Positions 9,808-20,187 are shown, counted from the first letter of the stretch. The stretch: 64,000 nt of DNA from Chitinophagaceae bacterium (GCA_036009775.1 DASYLC010000160.1:6380-70379); one strand, 5' to 3'. The notes: generated by a model not told the origin, from the sequence alone. Made by a program: numbers and translations.

Positions 9808-9893
9808 CCGGCGTTGATGAGAATTCTCTTTTCAACCTCGACAGCTCATCCCGGCATTAATTTTTATCTTTGCTTATCGCAAAATGCTCAGCA

Positions 9894-10346
9894 ATGAAGA
9901 ATCTTTTTTTTATTCTTACTCTTATTTTATTCTATACAGCTTGTAACAATAAAACCGATCAGCCTGCTCCCAGCGAAAAACCTGTGGGAACGACCAGCCA
10001 GGTTTACTGGGAAATAACAGATACGGGACGTCTCTCGATGATGAGGTTTATTGGAGGCGGACCCGATACCCTAAGCGCGGAGTCGATCGTTGCTTTCATA
10101 AATACCCGGTACCCAAGGGTTCAGCTTTCTTTTGTAAAAATGTCGCACGATACCGTGTTCCTGAAGATACCGGAGCCCACTTATCTCACGCAGCAGATGG
10201 GATCATCGGGGCCCGTTACTTTTTTTGCAGAGGTCGTCTATGACCTGACAGAGATCCCCCATATCGTTTATGTGGATTTTGATTTTGAAGAAGGAGACCA
10301 TGCTCAGCCCGGAACATTGTACCGGGGCAGTTTTAAGGATCAATAA
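9894..10346 (+). CDS. Lipoprotein, GerMN-like domain
   Basis: Lipobox FYTAC; MGSSG...VVYDLTEIP..VDFDFEEGDHAQPG; TATCTTTG box just upstream. Confidence 0.6.
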   Translation: MKNLFFILTLILFYTACNNKTDQPAPSEKPVGTTSQVYWEITDTGRLSMMRFIGGGPDTLSAESIVAFINTRYPRVQLSFVKMSHDTVFLKIPEPTYLTQQMGSSGPVTFFAEVVYDLTEIPHIVYVDFDFEEGDHAQPGTLYRGSFKDQ

Positions 10347-10369
10347 CGATATCTCCAAGGTTTAGACGT

Positions 10370-11509
10370 ATGGAAAAACAACCGGTAGGTACAGAATTGG
10401 CAGTTACTAAAAAACTGTACGGACTTGATCTTTTACGGGCATTGGCGATCACCCTTGTTTTTCTTGCTCATTATGGCGGCCAGTTCTCTCATCCGGAATG
10501 GGCAGAGCCCCTCAAAGAATTTGGCTGGACCGGGGTCGACCTGTTCTTTGTGCTCAGTGGTTTTTTGATCGCATCGCCGCTGTTCGGGCAAATCGCAGCC
10601 CACAAAAAGATCTCACTCCGTGAATTTTTTCTCAAACGTTTTTTCAGGATCATCCCTGCCTATTTGTTCGTGGTCTGTATCTATTTTTTGTTTGCCGCGG
10701 CAAGAGAAAGAGAAGGATTAGCACCGCTTTGGAAATACCTTACGTTTACCCAGAACCTGGGACTTGACCTCCGCTACCATGGCACTTTCTCACATGCATG
10801 GTCACTTTGTATTGAAGAACAGTTCTATCTGTGCTTCCCATTAATTCTCACAGCTCTTGTTTACTTTAAACTGATCCGGAAGGGCTATATCCTTTTACTG
10901 CTCCTGTTTCTCGCGGGGTTTGCAGCAAGATCATACGCCTGGCACGATCTTGTTGTGCCACATATTGAGGATAATGATTTTGGCATTCTCTGGTATAAAT
11001 GGCTTTATTATCCAACCTATGCAAGACTGGACGGGCTATTGATCGGTATTGGCATTGCAGCCTTATTTTGTTTCCGGCCACGATTAAAAGAACGCATACA
11101 GCGATACGGCAATCTTTTAATTTTCCTGAGCTTGCTTGTTTTTACAGCAACTTATTTTTTGTGTAGTGATGAGCGGTCTGCTTTTGCTTCTATTGCCGGC
11201 TTTCCGCGTGTTGATATTGGTTTTGGCTTGCTGGTGGCCGGTGCAGTAAGTCCTTCCGGTTTTTTATACCGGTTCAATTCAAAAGCAATAAGCACCATTG
11301 CCACACTGTCTTATGCATTTTACCTCACGCATAAAATAGCGATCCATATAACGCAGGAGCAGGTTTCAAAATTCAATATTGAGGAAGACAGTACCCTGAT
11401 GTTCTTTATTTGCATCATCACCTCGCTGGCAACTGCTTTTCTCATAAATAAGATCGTAGAGCGGCCTTTCCTAAAACTTCGGAACAGGATCATCGGCGCC
11501 AGGACATGA
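10370..11509 (+). CDS. Acyltransferase-3 family (OafA-like) membrane O-acyltransferase
   Basis: GLDLLRALAI, GVDLFFVLSGFLI, RFFRIIPAY, HAWSLCIEEQFY, VERPF. Confidence 0.92.
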   Translation: MEKQPVGTELAVTKKLYGLDLLRALAITLVFLAHYGGQFSHPEWAEPLKEFGWTGVDLFFVLSGFLIASPLFGQIAAHKKISLREFFLKRFFRIIPAYLFVVCIYFLFAAAREREGLAPLWKYLTFTQNLGLDLRYHGTFSHAWSLCIEEQFYLCFPLILTALVYFKLIRKGYILLLLLFLAGFAARSYAWHDLVVPHIEDNDFGILWYKWLYYPTYARLDGLLIGIGIAALFCFRPRLKERIQRYGNLLIFLSLLVFTATYFLCSDERSAFASIAGFPRVDIGFGLLVAGAVSPSGFLYRFNSKAISTIATLSYAFYLTHKIAIHITQEQVSKFNIEEDSTLMFFICIITSLATAFLINKIVERPFLKLRNRIIGART

Positions 11510-11512
11510 CAC

Positions 11513-11558
11513 AAAAAACCCGCCTCCTTTGATCGCTCTCAGGATGGCGGGGTTCTTT
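11513..11558. terminator. Bidirectional intrinsic terminator between convergent genes
   Basis: A-tract, AACCCGCC...GGCGGGGTT stem, T-rich tail. Confidence 0.65.
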
Positions 11559-11583
11559 ACTGAAGTTTCATGCTCCAGTCAGA

Positions 11584-12549
11584 TCATTGGGGGTATTTCT
11601 CCACTTTATTGCTGATAGGTTTTACAGTGCGCAGGTACGCATAGATCGCTTTCAGGTCATCGTCTTTCATATGTGCCTGTAAAGTAAGCGGCATCACCGT
11701 ATTATCTTTTCCAGGGTTGAAGCTATAACTCTTCTCTTCACGGTACTGGGTGAATTTATTCAGAAATTGTGCCTCGCTCCAGGCACCGATACCGGTTGCC
11801 GAATCTGAAGTGATATTCGCAGACGCTACCTTGAAAATGCCGCCGTCAAATACGTAACCACCTGCAAACATTCTTGTCATATCCGGGCCTTGCGGTGTCA
11901 ATGGTGAATGACAGGTGCCGCAATCGCCCATATTCACCAGGTATCCTCCATATTTCACTTTATCATCTTCCGGTGGACGCATATTCCCGTCAATAGATGC
12001 CTGTAATGCCGGACCCGGATAAGCCATCGCGATCGGCATCATCAATTGCCGGGCGGGTACTTTATTGCGGATCGGTTTCAGCGTCCTGATATAAGCAATG
12101 ATACTCATCAGGTCTTCCTTTGCCATATGATTATAATTCGGGTAAGGCATCAGCGCGAATAATGTATCGCCATTTTTGCTGATCCCCTGTGTCATCGCTT
12201 TTACAATATCGTCATCGGTCCAGGTACCGATCCCTGTTTCATTATCCGGAGTGATATTTCTGCCATAGATCTTACCCGGCAGGCCTAATTTTTCATCAAA
12301 CAGGAAACCACCACCGCCTTCTGTACCCGGAATAGGAGGGCCCGCGAATTTGGAAAAATCTCTTTTACTGTGGCAGTCCACACAACCGGCTACATGGTTG
12401 GCGAGGTATTCACCTCTTTCAAGAGCTTTTTTTACTGAATCACTATTCCCTGAAGCGGGAGTTTCTGATTTCTTATCCTTACAAGCAGTCAAATAGGTTG
12501 TAAGGACGACAATGGAACATATCGCCGTAAGGGCAATAATTTTTCTCAT
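11584..12549 (-). CDS. Di-heme cytochrome c lipoprotein
   Basis: Lipobox YLTAC (start MRKIIA); CVDCH and CGTCH; NITPD.ETGIG.W repeats like gluconate/alcohol dehydrogenase cytochrome subunits. Confidence 0.88.
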   Translation of the reverse strand: MRKIIALTAICSIVVLTTYLTACKDKKSETPASGNSDSVKKALERGEYLANHVAGCVDCHSKRDFSKFAGPPIPGTEGGGGFLFDEKLGLPGKIYGRNITPDNETGIGTWTDDDIVKAMTQGISKNGDTLFALMPYPNYNHMAKEDLMSIIAYIRTLKPIRNKVPARQLMMPIAMAYPGPALQASIDGNMRPPEDDKVKYGGYLVNMGDCGTCHSPLTPQGPDMTRMFAGGYVFDGGIFKVASANITSDSATGIGAWSEAQFLNKFTQYREEKSYSFNPGKDNTVMPLTLQAHMKDDDLKAIYAYLRTVKPISNKVEKYPQ

Positions 12550-12670
12550 GGTAGTGCAGTTTAGGCCTGCCAGGTGACAGACAGGGTTGCTTAAAAAAGG
12601 TTCGACAGAAAAGGTAGAAAACTTTTCCGGAAACCGCAATAAAATCACCGAAAAATTGAATGCCGGAAAA

Positions 12671-13867
12671 TTACTGCAACACGTAGCCGAGATTGAAGGT
12701 CAGCGGCACTTTCACCCCATTATTCTCGGGGAATACATTCCCGTTCGAGAAATGAGCGATCCGCAACCCGGCAACAAGGTTCTTCTTCTTTCCCGTGGAG
12801 ATGCCCATACCCATTGCATCGTAGAAGGTGAATTTCTTTCCTGTTCTTTCATCATCAATAAGGGTCCTCGAAATAAAGGTCGGGCCCGCCACGGTGTATT
12901 CAAAGAAAAGATCCGTTTTAGACGATCGCAATGCTGTAAAACGTAATACAGGATAAATAGACAGGGTAAAAAAATCATCTCCGTTCTTTTTACTTTTCCA
13001 GTAGCCCATACCGGCGCCCCAATCCAGTGAGAAGACCTTGCGGGCATGAAACAGGTTACGCTGGTAGTGAGCGGAGAAGCCCTGTTTGAGATGGGCCGCT
13101 CCTCCCCAGAACAAAGGAAGCGTTTTGGAGAAAAGATCATTCACCCCATACCCGAGACCATTGGTGCTATAGCTTAACTCCAGTAAATGTTTGGGAAAAT
13201 TGTAACCGCTTTTGATATTGCTTTCCACTTTCTCTCCGGAGAGTTCTTTTAAATGATAATTGAACCCCGCCGAATAAAAAATAGTATGCGGTTGTTTTTC
13301 TTTTGCATTCGCCGGTGACCAGGTCGTGCTGAGCTGGAGATCCCATTTCCTGTTCAGGTGATATTGTACAGCACCTCCAAATAATCCCGTGGCGAATGTG
13401 GTGCTTTTTACGACCGGTTTATAATCGATATCAAATCCTTTCCGGGTGAGAATACCCAGGCCGGCTTCTGCAAACAGCGAAAACTTTTTATTGAGCGGCA
13501 CATGTCCTGCCAATGTTAAACCGCCTACATTCATCCATACCGAATGGGTCGTTTGATCACCATTGATATTATAGTAAGTAACCCAATCCACCGGCCGCAT
13601 ATAACTGATCTGCGCTGACAGGTATTTATTGAACTGGTGACCCAATAATATGATACGGGGAGCAATATGGGGAATCTTTATCGTTTGCACCGTAAAGCCG
13701 GGTTCGAGTTGCGCCGAAGAAAAAGGATAATTGATATATCCCATATTGATCCCGAAATATGAATTCTTTAGCCCCCATGGATACTGGATCCTTTTTTCAC
13801 CGGGTTGGGCGGCACCACGAAAAGAAAAAGCCAGCCCCAGTAAAAGCATCCATATTATACGGGTCAT
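12671..13867 (-). CDS. Outer-membrane protein with C-terminal PagL-like (lipid A 3-O-deacylase) barrel
   Basis: Signal peptide MTRIIWMLL; C-terminal RIAHFSNGNVFPENNGV..FNLGY carries the PagL HxSN motif; extra N-terminal barrel ending AGFNYHL. Confidence 0.72.
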   Translation of the reverse strand: MTRIIWMLLLGLAFSFRGAAQPGEKRIQYPWGLKNSYFGINMGYINYPFSSAQLEPGFTVQTIKIPHIAPRIILLGHQFNKYLSAQISYMRPVDWVTYYNINGDQTTHSVWMNVGGLTLAGHVPLNKKFSLFAEAGLGILTRKGFDIDYKPVVKSTTFATGLFGGAVQYHLNRKWDLQLSTTWSPANAKEKQPHTIFYSAGFNYHLKELSGEKVESNIKSGYNFPKHLLELSYSTNGLGYGVNDLFSKTLPLFWGGAAHLKQGFSAHYQRNLFHARKVFSLDWGAGMGYWKSKKNGDDFFTLSIYPVLRFTALRSSKTDLFFEYTVAGPTFISRTLIDDERTGKKFTFYDAMGMGISTGKKKNLVAGLRIAHFSNGNVFPENNGVKVPLTFNLGYVLQ

Positions 13868-13893
13868 TTTCACCTGCTTCACCATCATTGTAA

Positions 13894-14988
13894 TTATAAT
13901 ACTTGTTTTACGCCCATTTGATCGTCGATCACCACCATACTTGCTCTGTACCCTTTTTCGATCCGGCCATGGTCTTTCAGCCCCAGCACCCGCGCAGGAT
14001 AAAGACTGCACATCCGCAATGCTTCACCCAATCTGATCCCGGCAAAATTAACCAGGTTTTGAACTGCTTTCGCCATCGTTAATGCCGAACCGCTGAGAAT
14101 ACTGGCGGCTTCATATTTATCTCCTTCCTGTTTATGCTGGTAATAGCCCCCGGTAGTGCCTGTCACCGCATCGGTGATCACAAACAATCTTTCTTTCATG
14201 ACCTGTTTGGCGATCCGTATCGCGGCATAATCAACATGATGACCATCGGGGATAATACTTGCCATCACCTGTGCATGATCCATCGCGGCACCCACCAGTC
14301 CGGGCGCACGGTGTTGCAAAGGACTCATGGCATTGTATAAATGCGTGACAGCGCTGATGCCATTGGAGAAACCTGTGTTTGCCTCCTCATAGCTCGCATT
14401 GCTATGCCCGGCTGATATAATAATAGAATGAGAGAGGACCAGGTCAATTATTTCTTTGCTGCAAACTTCGGGAGCAAGCGTGATCATCCGGATGATCCCT
14501 TTTCCATACTCCAGCAATTCTTCTGCTTCTTTTAATTCCGGTTCATGTATCAGCGATTCTACATGTGCTCCTCTTTTTACCGGGTTGATCCAGGGTCCTT
14601 CGAGGTGTAAACCTAAAATTCCTGTGCCGCCTTTGCTCCAATACTCTTTTACCGCATCGATGCATTGATAAAAGACCTCCTTTGTGTTGGTAGCTGCTGT
14701 TGGCAGGCAAAATGCGGCGCCTCCTTTTTCGCAATATTCTTTTAACTTATACAAAGAATCAGCAACCGGGTATACTGCCAGTAATTTTTCATACGCCCCA
14801 TAGATCTGCAGGTCAATAAAAGCGGGGGCGATAAAACAGTTATGGAATTGCTCTACGGGTTGTGAAGAAGAAAGCGAAGAGACCGGGATCACGGCTTCGA
14901 TCAGCCCGTCATTCACGATCACAGCATGGTTGTTCAGCCATTGTTCTCCTGTAAAAATGCGGTCAGCTATATAGGCAGCGGGCATCAT
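13894..14988 (-). CDS. nagA: N-acetylglucosamine-6-phosphate deacetylase
   Basis: PAFIDLQIYG, GLHLEGPW, ITLAPE, AGHSNA, THLYNAMS, DGHHV, ITDA, LSGS. Confidence 0.92.
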   Translation of the reverse strand: MMPAAYIADRIFTGEQWLNNHAVIVNDGLIEAVIPVSSLSSSQPVEQFHNCFIAPAFIDLQIYGAYEKLLAVYPVADSLYKLKEYCEKGGAAFCLPTAATNTKEVFYQCIDAVKEYWSKGGTGILGLHLEGPWINPVKRGAHVESLIHEPELKEAEELLEYGKGIIRMITLAPEVCSKEIIDLVLSHSIIISAGHSNASYEEANTGFSNGISAVTHLYNAMSPLQHRAPGLVGAAMDHAQVMASIIPDGHHVDYAAIRIAKQVMKERLFVITDAVTGTTGGYYQHKQEGDKYEAASILSGSALTMAKAVQNLVNFAGIRLGEALRMCSLYPARVLGLKDHGRIEKGYRASMVVIDDQMGVKQVL

Positions 14989-15009
14989 GAGTTTGATGGC
15001 CCGAAGATG

Positions 15010-16752
15010 CTATTTTTTTCCCGTGTTCCGTTCTTCTTTTCTCGTCTCACGTTCTTGTTTTTTTTCGATCTTTCGTTGTGCCATCGGTCTTAGTACGATC
15101 TCACCCGCTGAAGCAAACATTGTTTTCCATACCAGGTTGAAAAAAGAACGGGTCATATCACGCTGTACCCTGACCGAGCTGGCCTTCCTCTCTTCCCCCT
15201 TCATCGGGTTTTCTTTATAGATCAGGAGCCTGTTGGCAAGGAATGATAAGAATCCTTTTTTATCCAGGGACTTGTCAGGCTCTACTTTATTGATCAGGAT
15301 ATCCATATCATTATACTTCATTGAAAGTGTACCGGTACCCGCATCCTCATTACCTGTTATCGTATAGTCCAGTCGTTGCATTTGGAAGGATTGCATTTCC
15401 ACGGCTGTCATCGCTGTAAAGACCGGGCGCAGCTGGCTGGCATCAAGTTGTGTTATCGTTGATCTCACCGAAAAAGCGCCATTTCGATCCCGCAGGTTAA
15501 ACCGGAAAACAGTATTGATCGTCCCGCTTTTCATTGCCCGGCCCCGGACATAGGCGATACACTCTCCGGATCTTTGTACGGCTACAGGATCATTGGTGAT
15601 ATTATCGATAACACCATTTACCCCAAAATTCACGCTACCGGTACGATTTGTTACATTGCTTGTTTCTGTATATGTAACGGAAGCACCGGTTGCTGTCAAT
15701 CGCTGAATATGCAGGATGAATGGCAACTTCTGTAATAATTGCTGCGGGTACCCTCCCTTTTTACTGTATGGATTGGGCTTCACATTCCTGTTCATGGATA
15801 TGGCTATGGAAGGAGAGGATAGTTCTACGGTATCGCTCTGCAATTTATTTTGGGTGATCCAGTGCGGCAATACAAAATTTTTCATCCGGATAACGGGTAC
15901 TTTGAGTTTATAGATCTCGTGCTGGTAGCCAAAATGGCGGGCAAATTGCTGGTCGCTCACGGCAGGGAGAAAATCAAATTGTTTGACCTCTAATGATCTC
16001 CCGGCAGAACTATAAACAATATCTGCTGCTTTTAACCCATACAATCCATCCGTGGTAGTCATTTTAACATTGCTGGCATTAAAGGCCAGATCTTTTGCAA
16101 ACAATAAACGGTTGCTGTCCAAAGCAGAAGCACTGTCCACCCGGATATCCGATAATAACAGGTTGCTTTTTTCAAATTCCCAATGGAAAGCAGCAGCACT
16201 ATCCACGTTCCGGTAGTTGATCTTCAGATCGGCACAATAGATAATTCCAACATGGATAGACCGGATACGGGGTTGGATCAGCTTCCACAAAGGTTCGCTT
16301 TGTGTTGTTTGTTCTTCGCTTGTTTTAAAATGCCGGGCCAGTTTCAGGTCGGCGGAATCAAAAACTATTTCCCGTACATCGATCTTTTTGGAAAAAAGGA
16401 GTGCCCGTAATCCTATTCCGTTGATGCGTCCCTTTTCCAATACGAGTTCGCAGCTCATGGGAGGAAGTTTTTTGGCTTCCTTCATTTGTTTATACCTGTT
16501 GCTGTCAATGACGATATGCAGGTCTTCAAAATAAACAGAACCTCCCCAGAAACTGAGGTCGAATTTCCCCAGTTCCAGTCTGTACAGACTGTCCGAGCCT
16601 TTTACGATGACCTCTGCCAGCCTTTTCTTTACCAGGGGCGGAAGGTAACGGGTAATAAATATATGGAAGGCGACTCCTGCGATCACGATCAACACCAACA
16701 GGCCAATCAGGATCTTTTTACCAACAGACATTTTCTTTCCCGGTCCGGTCAT
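15010..16752 (-). CDS. Membrane-anchored beta-rich envelope protein (AsmA/DUF748-like)
   Basis: Single N-terminal TM segment, long beta-strand-rich body, SFFNLVWKT C-terminal motif. Confidence 0.55.
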   Translation of the reverse strand: MTGPGKKMSVGKKILIGLLVLIVIAGVAFHIFITRYLPPLVKKRLAEVIVKGSDSLYRLELGKFDLSFWGGSVYFEDLHIVIDSNRYKQMKEAKKLPPMSCELVLEKGRINGIGLRALLFSKKIDVREIVFDSADLKLARHFKTSEEQTTQSEPLWKLIQPRIRSIHVGIIYCADLKINYRNVDSAAAFHWEFEKSNLLLSDIRVDSASALDSNRLLFAKDLAFNASNVKMTTTDGLYGLKAADIVYSSAGRSLEVKQFDFLPAVSDQQFARHFGYQHEIYKLKVPVIRMKNFVLPHWITQNKLQSDTVELSSPSIAISMNRNVKPNPYSKKGGYPQQLLQKLPFILHIQRLTATGASVTYTETSNVTNRTGSVNFGVNGVIDNITNDPVAVQRSGECIAYVRGRAMKSGTINTVFRFNLRDRNGAFSVRSTITQLDASQLRPVFTAMTAVEMQSFQMQRLDYTITGNEDAGTGTLSMKYNDMDILINKVEPDKSLDKKGFLSFLANRLLIYKENPMKGEERKASSVRVQRDMTRSFFNLVWKTMFASAGEIVLRPMAQRKIEKKQERETRKEERNTGKK

Positions 16753-16839
16753 ACATTTCTTTCTAAAAAGAATAGTAATACCATGCCAAATGAAAAACTG
16801 GCTGAAAAGCGCTTCTCTATATTACAGGTGTAGCAGGAA

Positions 16840-17529
16840 TTACCCGGTCACAAAACGATACCCCACACCTTTAATGGTAATGATCTCCAGGGAGGGATCA
16901 TCTTTCAGGTAACTGCGGAGTTTGGTGATATAGACATCGAGGTTACGGCTGTTGAAGAAGGAGTCGTTACCCCAGAGTAAGTTAAGAATATCTTTCCGGT
17001 CGATGATCGCTGAACGGTTCTCATACAGTATCTTCAGCAACTCGCTTTCCCGGAATGAAAGCTTGCGGTCCTCTTTTCCATTACTGAGCAACTGGCGGTT
17101 GATCTGGAAATTATATTTCCCGATCGTGGCGCTGCCCCCGCTTATCTTTTGCGGGTCATCCGGTTTATTTCTTAATAGATTCTGGATACGCACGATCAGC
17201 TCCTCCATACTGAAAGGCTTGCGGATATAATCATTCCCGCCGAGGGAAAAACCTTTGACCACATCTTCTGTTTGTGTTTTGGCTGTCAGGAAAATGATCG
17301 GTACATCCTCATCAATGGCACGGATCTCGTCGGCGATCGCAAAGCCGTCTTTGTTGGGAAGCATTATATCCAGCACACAGATATCCGGTTTGGATCTCTT
17401 AAAGAGTTCGAGCACTTTGGCGCCATCCTCTTCCATGATCACTTCAAAACCGCGGCTCTCAAGGCTTTCCCTGACTATTTTTCCCAGGAAGAGCTCGTCT
17501 TCCACGTATAGAATTTTTGTTGCGCTCAT
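16840..17529 (-). CDS. OmpR-family response regulator
   Basis: YVEDE, LDIMLP, FLTAK, DYIRKPF receiver; RNLDVYITKLR..TIKGVGYRF winged helix. Confidence 0.95.
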   Translation of the reverse strand: MSATKILYVEDELFLGKIVRESLESRGFEVIMEEDGAKVLELFKRSKPDICVLDIMLPNKDGFAIADEIRAIDEDVPIIFLTAKTQTEDVVKGFSLGGNDYIRKPFSMEELIVRIQNLLRNKPDDPQKISGGSATIGKYNFQINRQLLSNGKEDRKLSFRESELLKILYENRSAIIDRKDILNLLWGNDSFFNSRNLDVYITKLRSYLKDDPSLEIITIKGVGYRFVTG

Positions 17530-19013
17530 CCCTGTTGCTTTGGTAATGTGATAATAAATTTTGTTCCGGAACCCGGTTGGCTTTCGAGCGCAATACTTCC
17601 TTTATGTTTCTCCACCACTTCTGCCACATAACTGAGCCCGAGCCCATATCCCTTTGCATTATGTGTATCTCCATGTGGTACCCGGAAGAATTTTTCGAAT
17701 ATTTTTTCTTTATACTCGGGTGCGATCCCGATACCGTTATCCGCGATGCTCAAAACAATATTATTTTCATTTCCCTTTATACCGATACCAATCGAAGGAG
17801 CGTGCCTGCTGTACTTTACTGCATTGTCCAGCAGGTTAAAGATCACGCTGAGCAAGTGCAGATGATCTCCCTGCATCCCGGTATCACCGTCGTGCGTAAC
17901 CGATACGCTGGCTTTATTTTTCTCCAATTGCAAACGCAGCGACCCCACCACTTCTTCCACGATCTCTTTCAGGTTAACCGTTTCAAATTTCAGATCCAGC
18001 TCCTTCTTTTCAAACATGGATAGCTTGAGGACCTTGTCGACCAGCAAGCTGAGCCGTTGTAATTCATTTTGCGAAATATCCAGGTATTCTCTTGTTCGTT
18101 TAGGATCATCCATCGCATTAAAATTCTTCAGCGCTTCTATGGCCACTCCCACCGTAGCGATCGGTGTTTTTAATTCATGCGTGATATTGCTGATGAATTC
18201 ATTTTTCAGCGCAGCCAGTTTTTGTTGCCGCAACAGGTTCTTATATAATAGTACAAAAGAAAGGATAGTGATTCCCAGCAGCAGGATGGAAAACAATATC
18301 GGCTGCATGATCTGTTTTAAAAGATAAGGGAATGTGTTGCCCAGTTGCAGGCGGAAGGTAACGGGCCTGGCAAAACCGATCGTCACTTCATTGAAACGCT
18401 GCAAATCCCCGGCACCGGCGCTGTCAGAGCGTAAGATGGAAAAGGGAATATCCATCTTTAGTCTTGTCATAGTTCTTTGGTAGGCCGTATCAATTTCAAT
18501 CAGCCGCAGTGAGTCCTGCAATGAATCTACATCGTATAAGAAACTATAAATATTATCTCCTGGCCTACCCTGGCCCGGCATGGCCCTGGTAAATCCCATC
18601 GTGTCACCGGGCATACTTATTTCTTCCCTGTTCATCATCACGATCCCGGGTTTCAGGTCTGTTCTGACCTTCAAAGAATCTTTCAGTTTGCTCTGGATCA
18701 CATTAATGGTCGAAACAACACCCTGCCGTGGGATAACACGAATATCTACGTCCTGTCCCCTTTCTTCTTTAAGCATTATTTTGACCTTTCCGCCGCCGGT
18801 TCCGTGACCGCTTTTTTGATTCCACATCGCTGTATCCAGTTTTAATCTGGATACCTGCAATTTCAATATCGTCTGCCGGAAAGCCATCTCCGCTTTTATT
18901 TCCATTGATTTTTCCTCCCGGCTATAGTTCTGCCGGATCCAGTACAACTGGAAGCCGGTAATACCCAGGATCGTGATCCCCATTAATAAAGAAAGCCAGC
19001 GGAGTCTGCTCAT
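17526..19013 (-). CDS. Sensor histidine kinase (2 TM segments, periplasmic domain)
   Basis: Start MSRLRWL; THELKTP H-box, NLLDNAVKY, DNGIGI, GYGLGL; 4-nt overlap with the response regulator. Confidence 0.93.
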   Translation of the reverse strand: MSRLRWLSLLMGITILGITGFQLYWIRQNYSREEKSMEIKAEMAFRQTILKLQVSRLKLDTAMWNQKSGHGTGGGKVKIMLKEERGQDVDIRVIPRQGVVSTINVIQSKLKDSLKVRTDLKPGIVMMNREEISMPGDTMGFTRAMPGQGRPGDNIYSFLYDVDSLQDSLRLIEIDTAYQRTMTRLKMDIPFSILRSDSAGAGDLQRFNEVTIGFARPVTFRLQLGNTFPYLLKQIMQPILFSILLLGITILSFVLLYKNLLRQQKLAALKNEFISNITHELKTPIATVGVAIEALKNFNAMDDPKRTREYLDISQNELQRLSLLVDKVLKLSMFEKKELDLKFETVNLKEIVEEVVGSLRLQLEKNKASVSVTHDGDTGMQGDHLHLLSVIFNLLDNAVKYSRHAPSIGIGIKGNENNIVLSIADNGIGIAPEYKEKIFEKFFRVPHGDTHNAKGYGLGLSYVAEVVEKHKGSIALESQPGSGTKFIITLPKQQG

Positions 19014-19067
19014 GTGTGCTGTTTGCAGGAACAAATGTAAACCAATGTTGGCGGTACCTGCAGCGGT

Positions 19068-19106
19068 TTTAACCTTTATTAACCTTAATGAAAGGTGGGT
19101 TAACCC
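19068..19106 (+). promoter_or_regulatory. Putative OmpR-type operator (TTAAC x3), copy 1
   Basis: TTTAACCTTTATTAACCTTAATGAAAGGTGGGTTAACCC; 20 nt upstream of TACATTTG (19127-19134); divergent TACATTTG at 19032-19039 on the minus strand. Confidence 0.7.
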
Positions 19107-19152
19107 ATCCGGATGCTCCACTGGTATACATTTGAATCTTAAAAATAAAACC

Positions 19153-19950
19153 ATGAAAAAGATATTGATCGCCGGCTGCTTTGTTTTTTCCATCAGCCTG
19201 GTGCAGGCCCAGCAAAAGAAGGGACTGGTAACTTACGAAAGAGTGTCACAATTCCAGATCCAGTTTTCAGCAGGCCATGAAGGCCTGGATCAGCTTCTGC
19301 CCAAAACAAGGACCGATAAATTCGAACTGACCTTTGGTAATAACCAGTCGGTCTGGAAACAGGGTGAACAGGAGGATGAAACTCCCGGTTTTAGCGGAGA
19401 GGGTATGCAGGTCCGAATGATATCATCCGGGTCGACTGATGTATTATATACTAACCTGGAGACGGCGAAAAGAGTTGAGAAAAGAGAGATGTTTGATAAA
19501 TCATTTATCGTGGACGATACGATCGCCAGGTTAAAGTGGAAAATGACAGGAGAAACAAAGACCATCCTGAACATGCCCTGTATGAAAGCAACCAGTACAC
19601 GTATCAGCACACGTATGGCCATGAATATTGACAACGGTAAAATGGAACGCAAAGAGGTACAGGATACCGCGAATATCGTTGCCTGGTTCACTTCTTCCAT
19701 CCCGGTTTCAGCAGGACCTGCCGAGTACCAGGGTCAGTTGCCGGGGCTCATTCTTGAAATGGATATCAACAATGGCCGCCAGACTTTCAAAGCCCTTTCC
19801 ATCAGCGAGAAAGCCGATCTCGCGTTAATCAAAGAACCGACCGGAAAAAAACACCTGACCGGCGCGGAATTCGACAAAGAAAGAGACAGGATGTTGCAGG
19901 AAATGCAGCAGAACAACCAGGGCGGGCAGCGGATCATCCGGATGAACTAA
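19153..19950 (+). CDS. GLPGLI family protein
   Basis: Signal peptide MKKILIAG; WK.TGETKTIL..PC.KAT, AWFT..IPVS.GP..YQGQLPGLILE. Confidence 0.92.
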   Translation: MKKILIAGCFVFSISLVQAQQKKGLVTYERVSQFQIQFSAGHEGLDQLLPKTRTDKFELTFGNNQSVWKQGEQEDETPGFSGEGMQVRMISSGSTDVLYTNLETAKRVEKREMFDKSFIVDDTIARLKWKMTGETKTILNMPCMKATSTRISTRMAMNIDNGKMERKEVQDTANIVAWFTSSIPVSAGPAEYQGQLPGLILEMDINNGRQTFKALSISEKADLALIKEPTGKKHLTGAEFDKERDRMLQEMQQNNQGGQRIIRMN

Positions 19951-19973
19951 GTACAAAAAATTTAGCCGTGAAC

Positions 19974-20005
19974 AAGCCCCGTTGCGAAAGCAGCGGGGTT
20001 TTTTT
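19974..20005 (+). terminator. Intrinsic terminator
   Basis: AAGCCCCGTTGC-GAAA-GCAGCGGGGTTT followed by a T tract. Confidence 0.85.
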
Positions 20006-20070
20006 CTGTAGCTTGTCCGGAGAAAAAACGGTAGTCCTGGTTTGAAATTAGCTTGGTTTTAAAAGCAATT

Positions 20071-20151
20071 GAACCACATGTCACATAAGAAACATAGGGT
20101 TTTCACATAGAATTCTATGTTTTTCTCTGTGTACTATATTCTATGTGGTTC
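20071..20151. repeat. Imperfect palindrome made of ACATAG/CTATGT units
   Basis: GAACCACATG..ACATAA..ACATAG..ACATAG AATT CTATGT..CTATAT..CTATGTGGTTC. Confidence 0.7.
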
Positions 20152-20187
20152 AGGGTTTTCAAAATAGGACATTTCAAAAAAATCGAT

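Noticed and set aside
18973-19193. Apparent overlap of the HK and GLPGLI N-termini
   Set aside because: The likely starts are 19013 (-) and 19153 (+); the interval is a divergent promoter region
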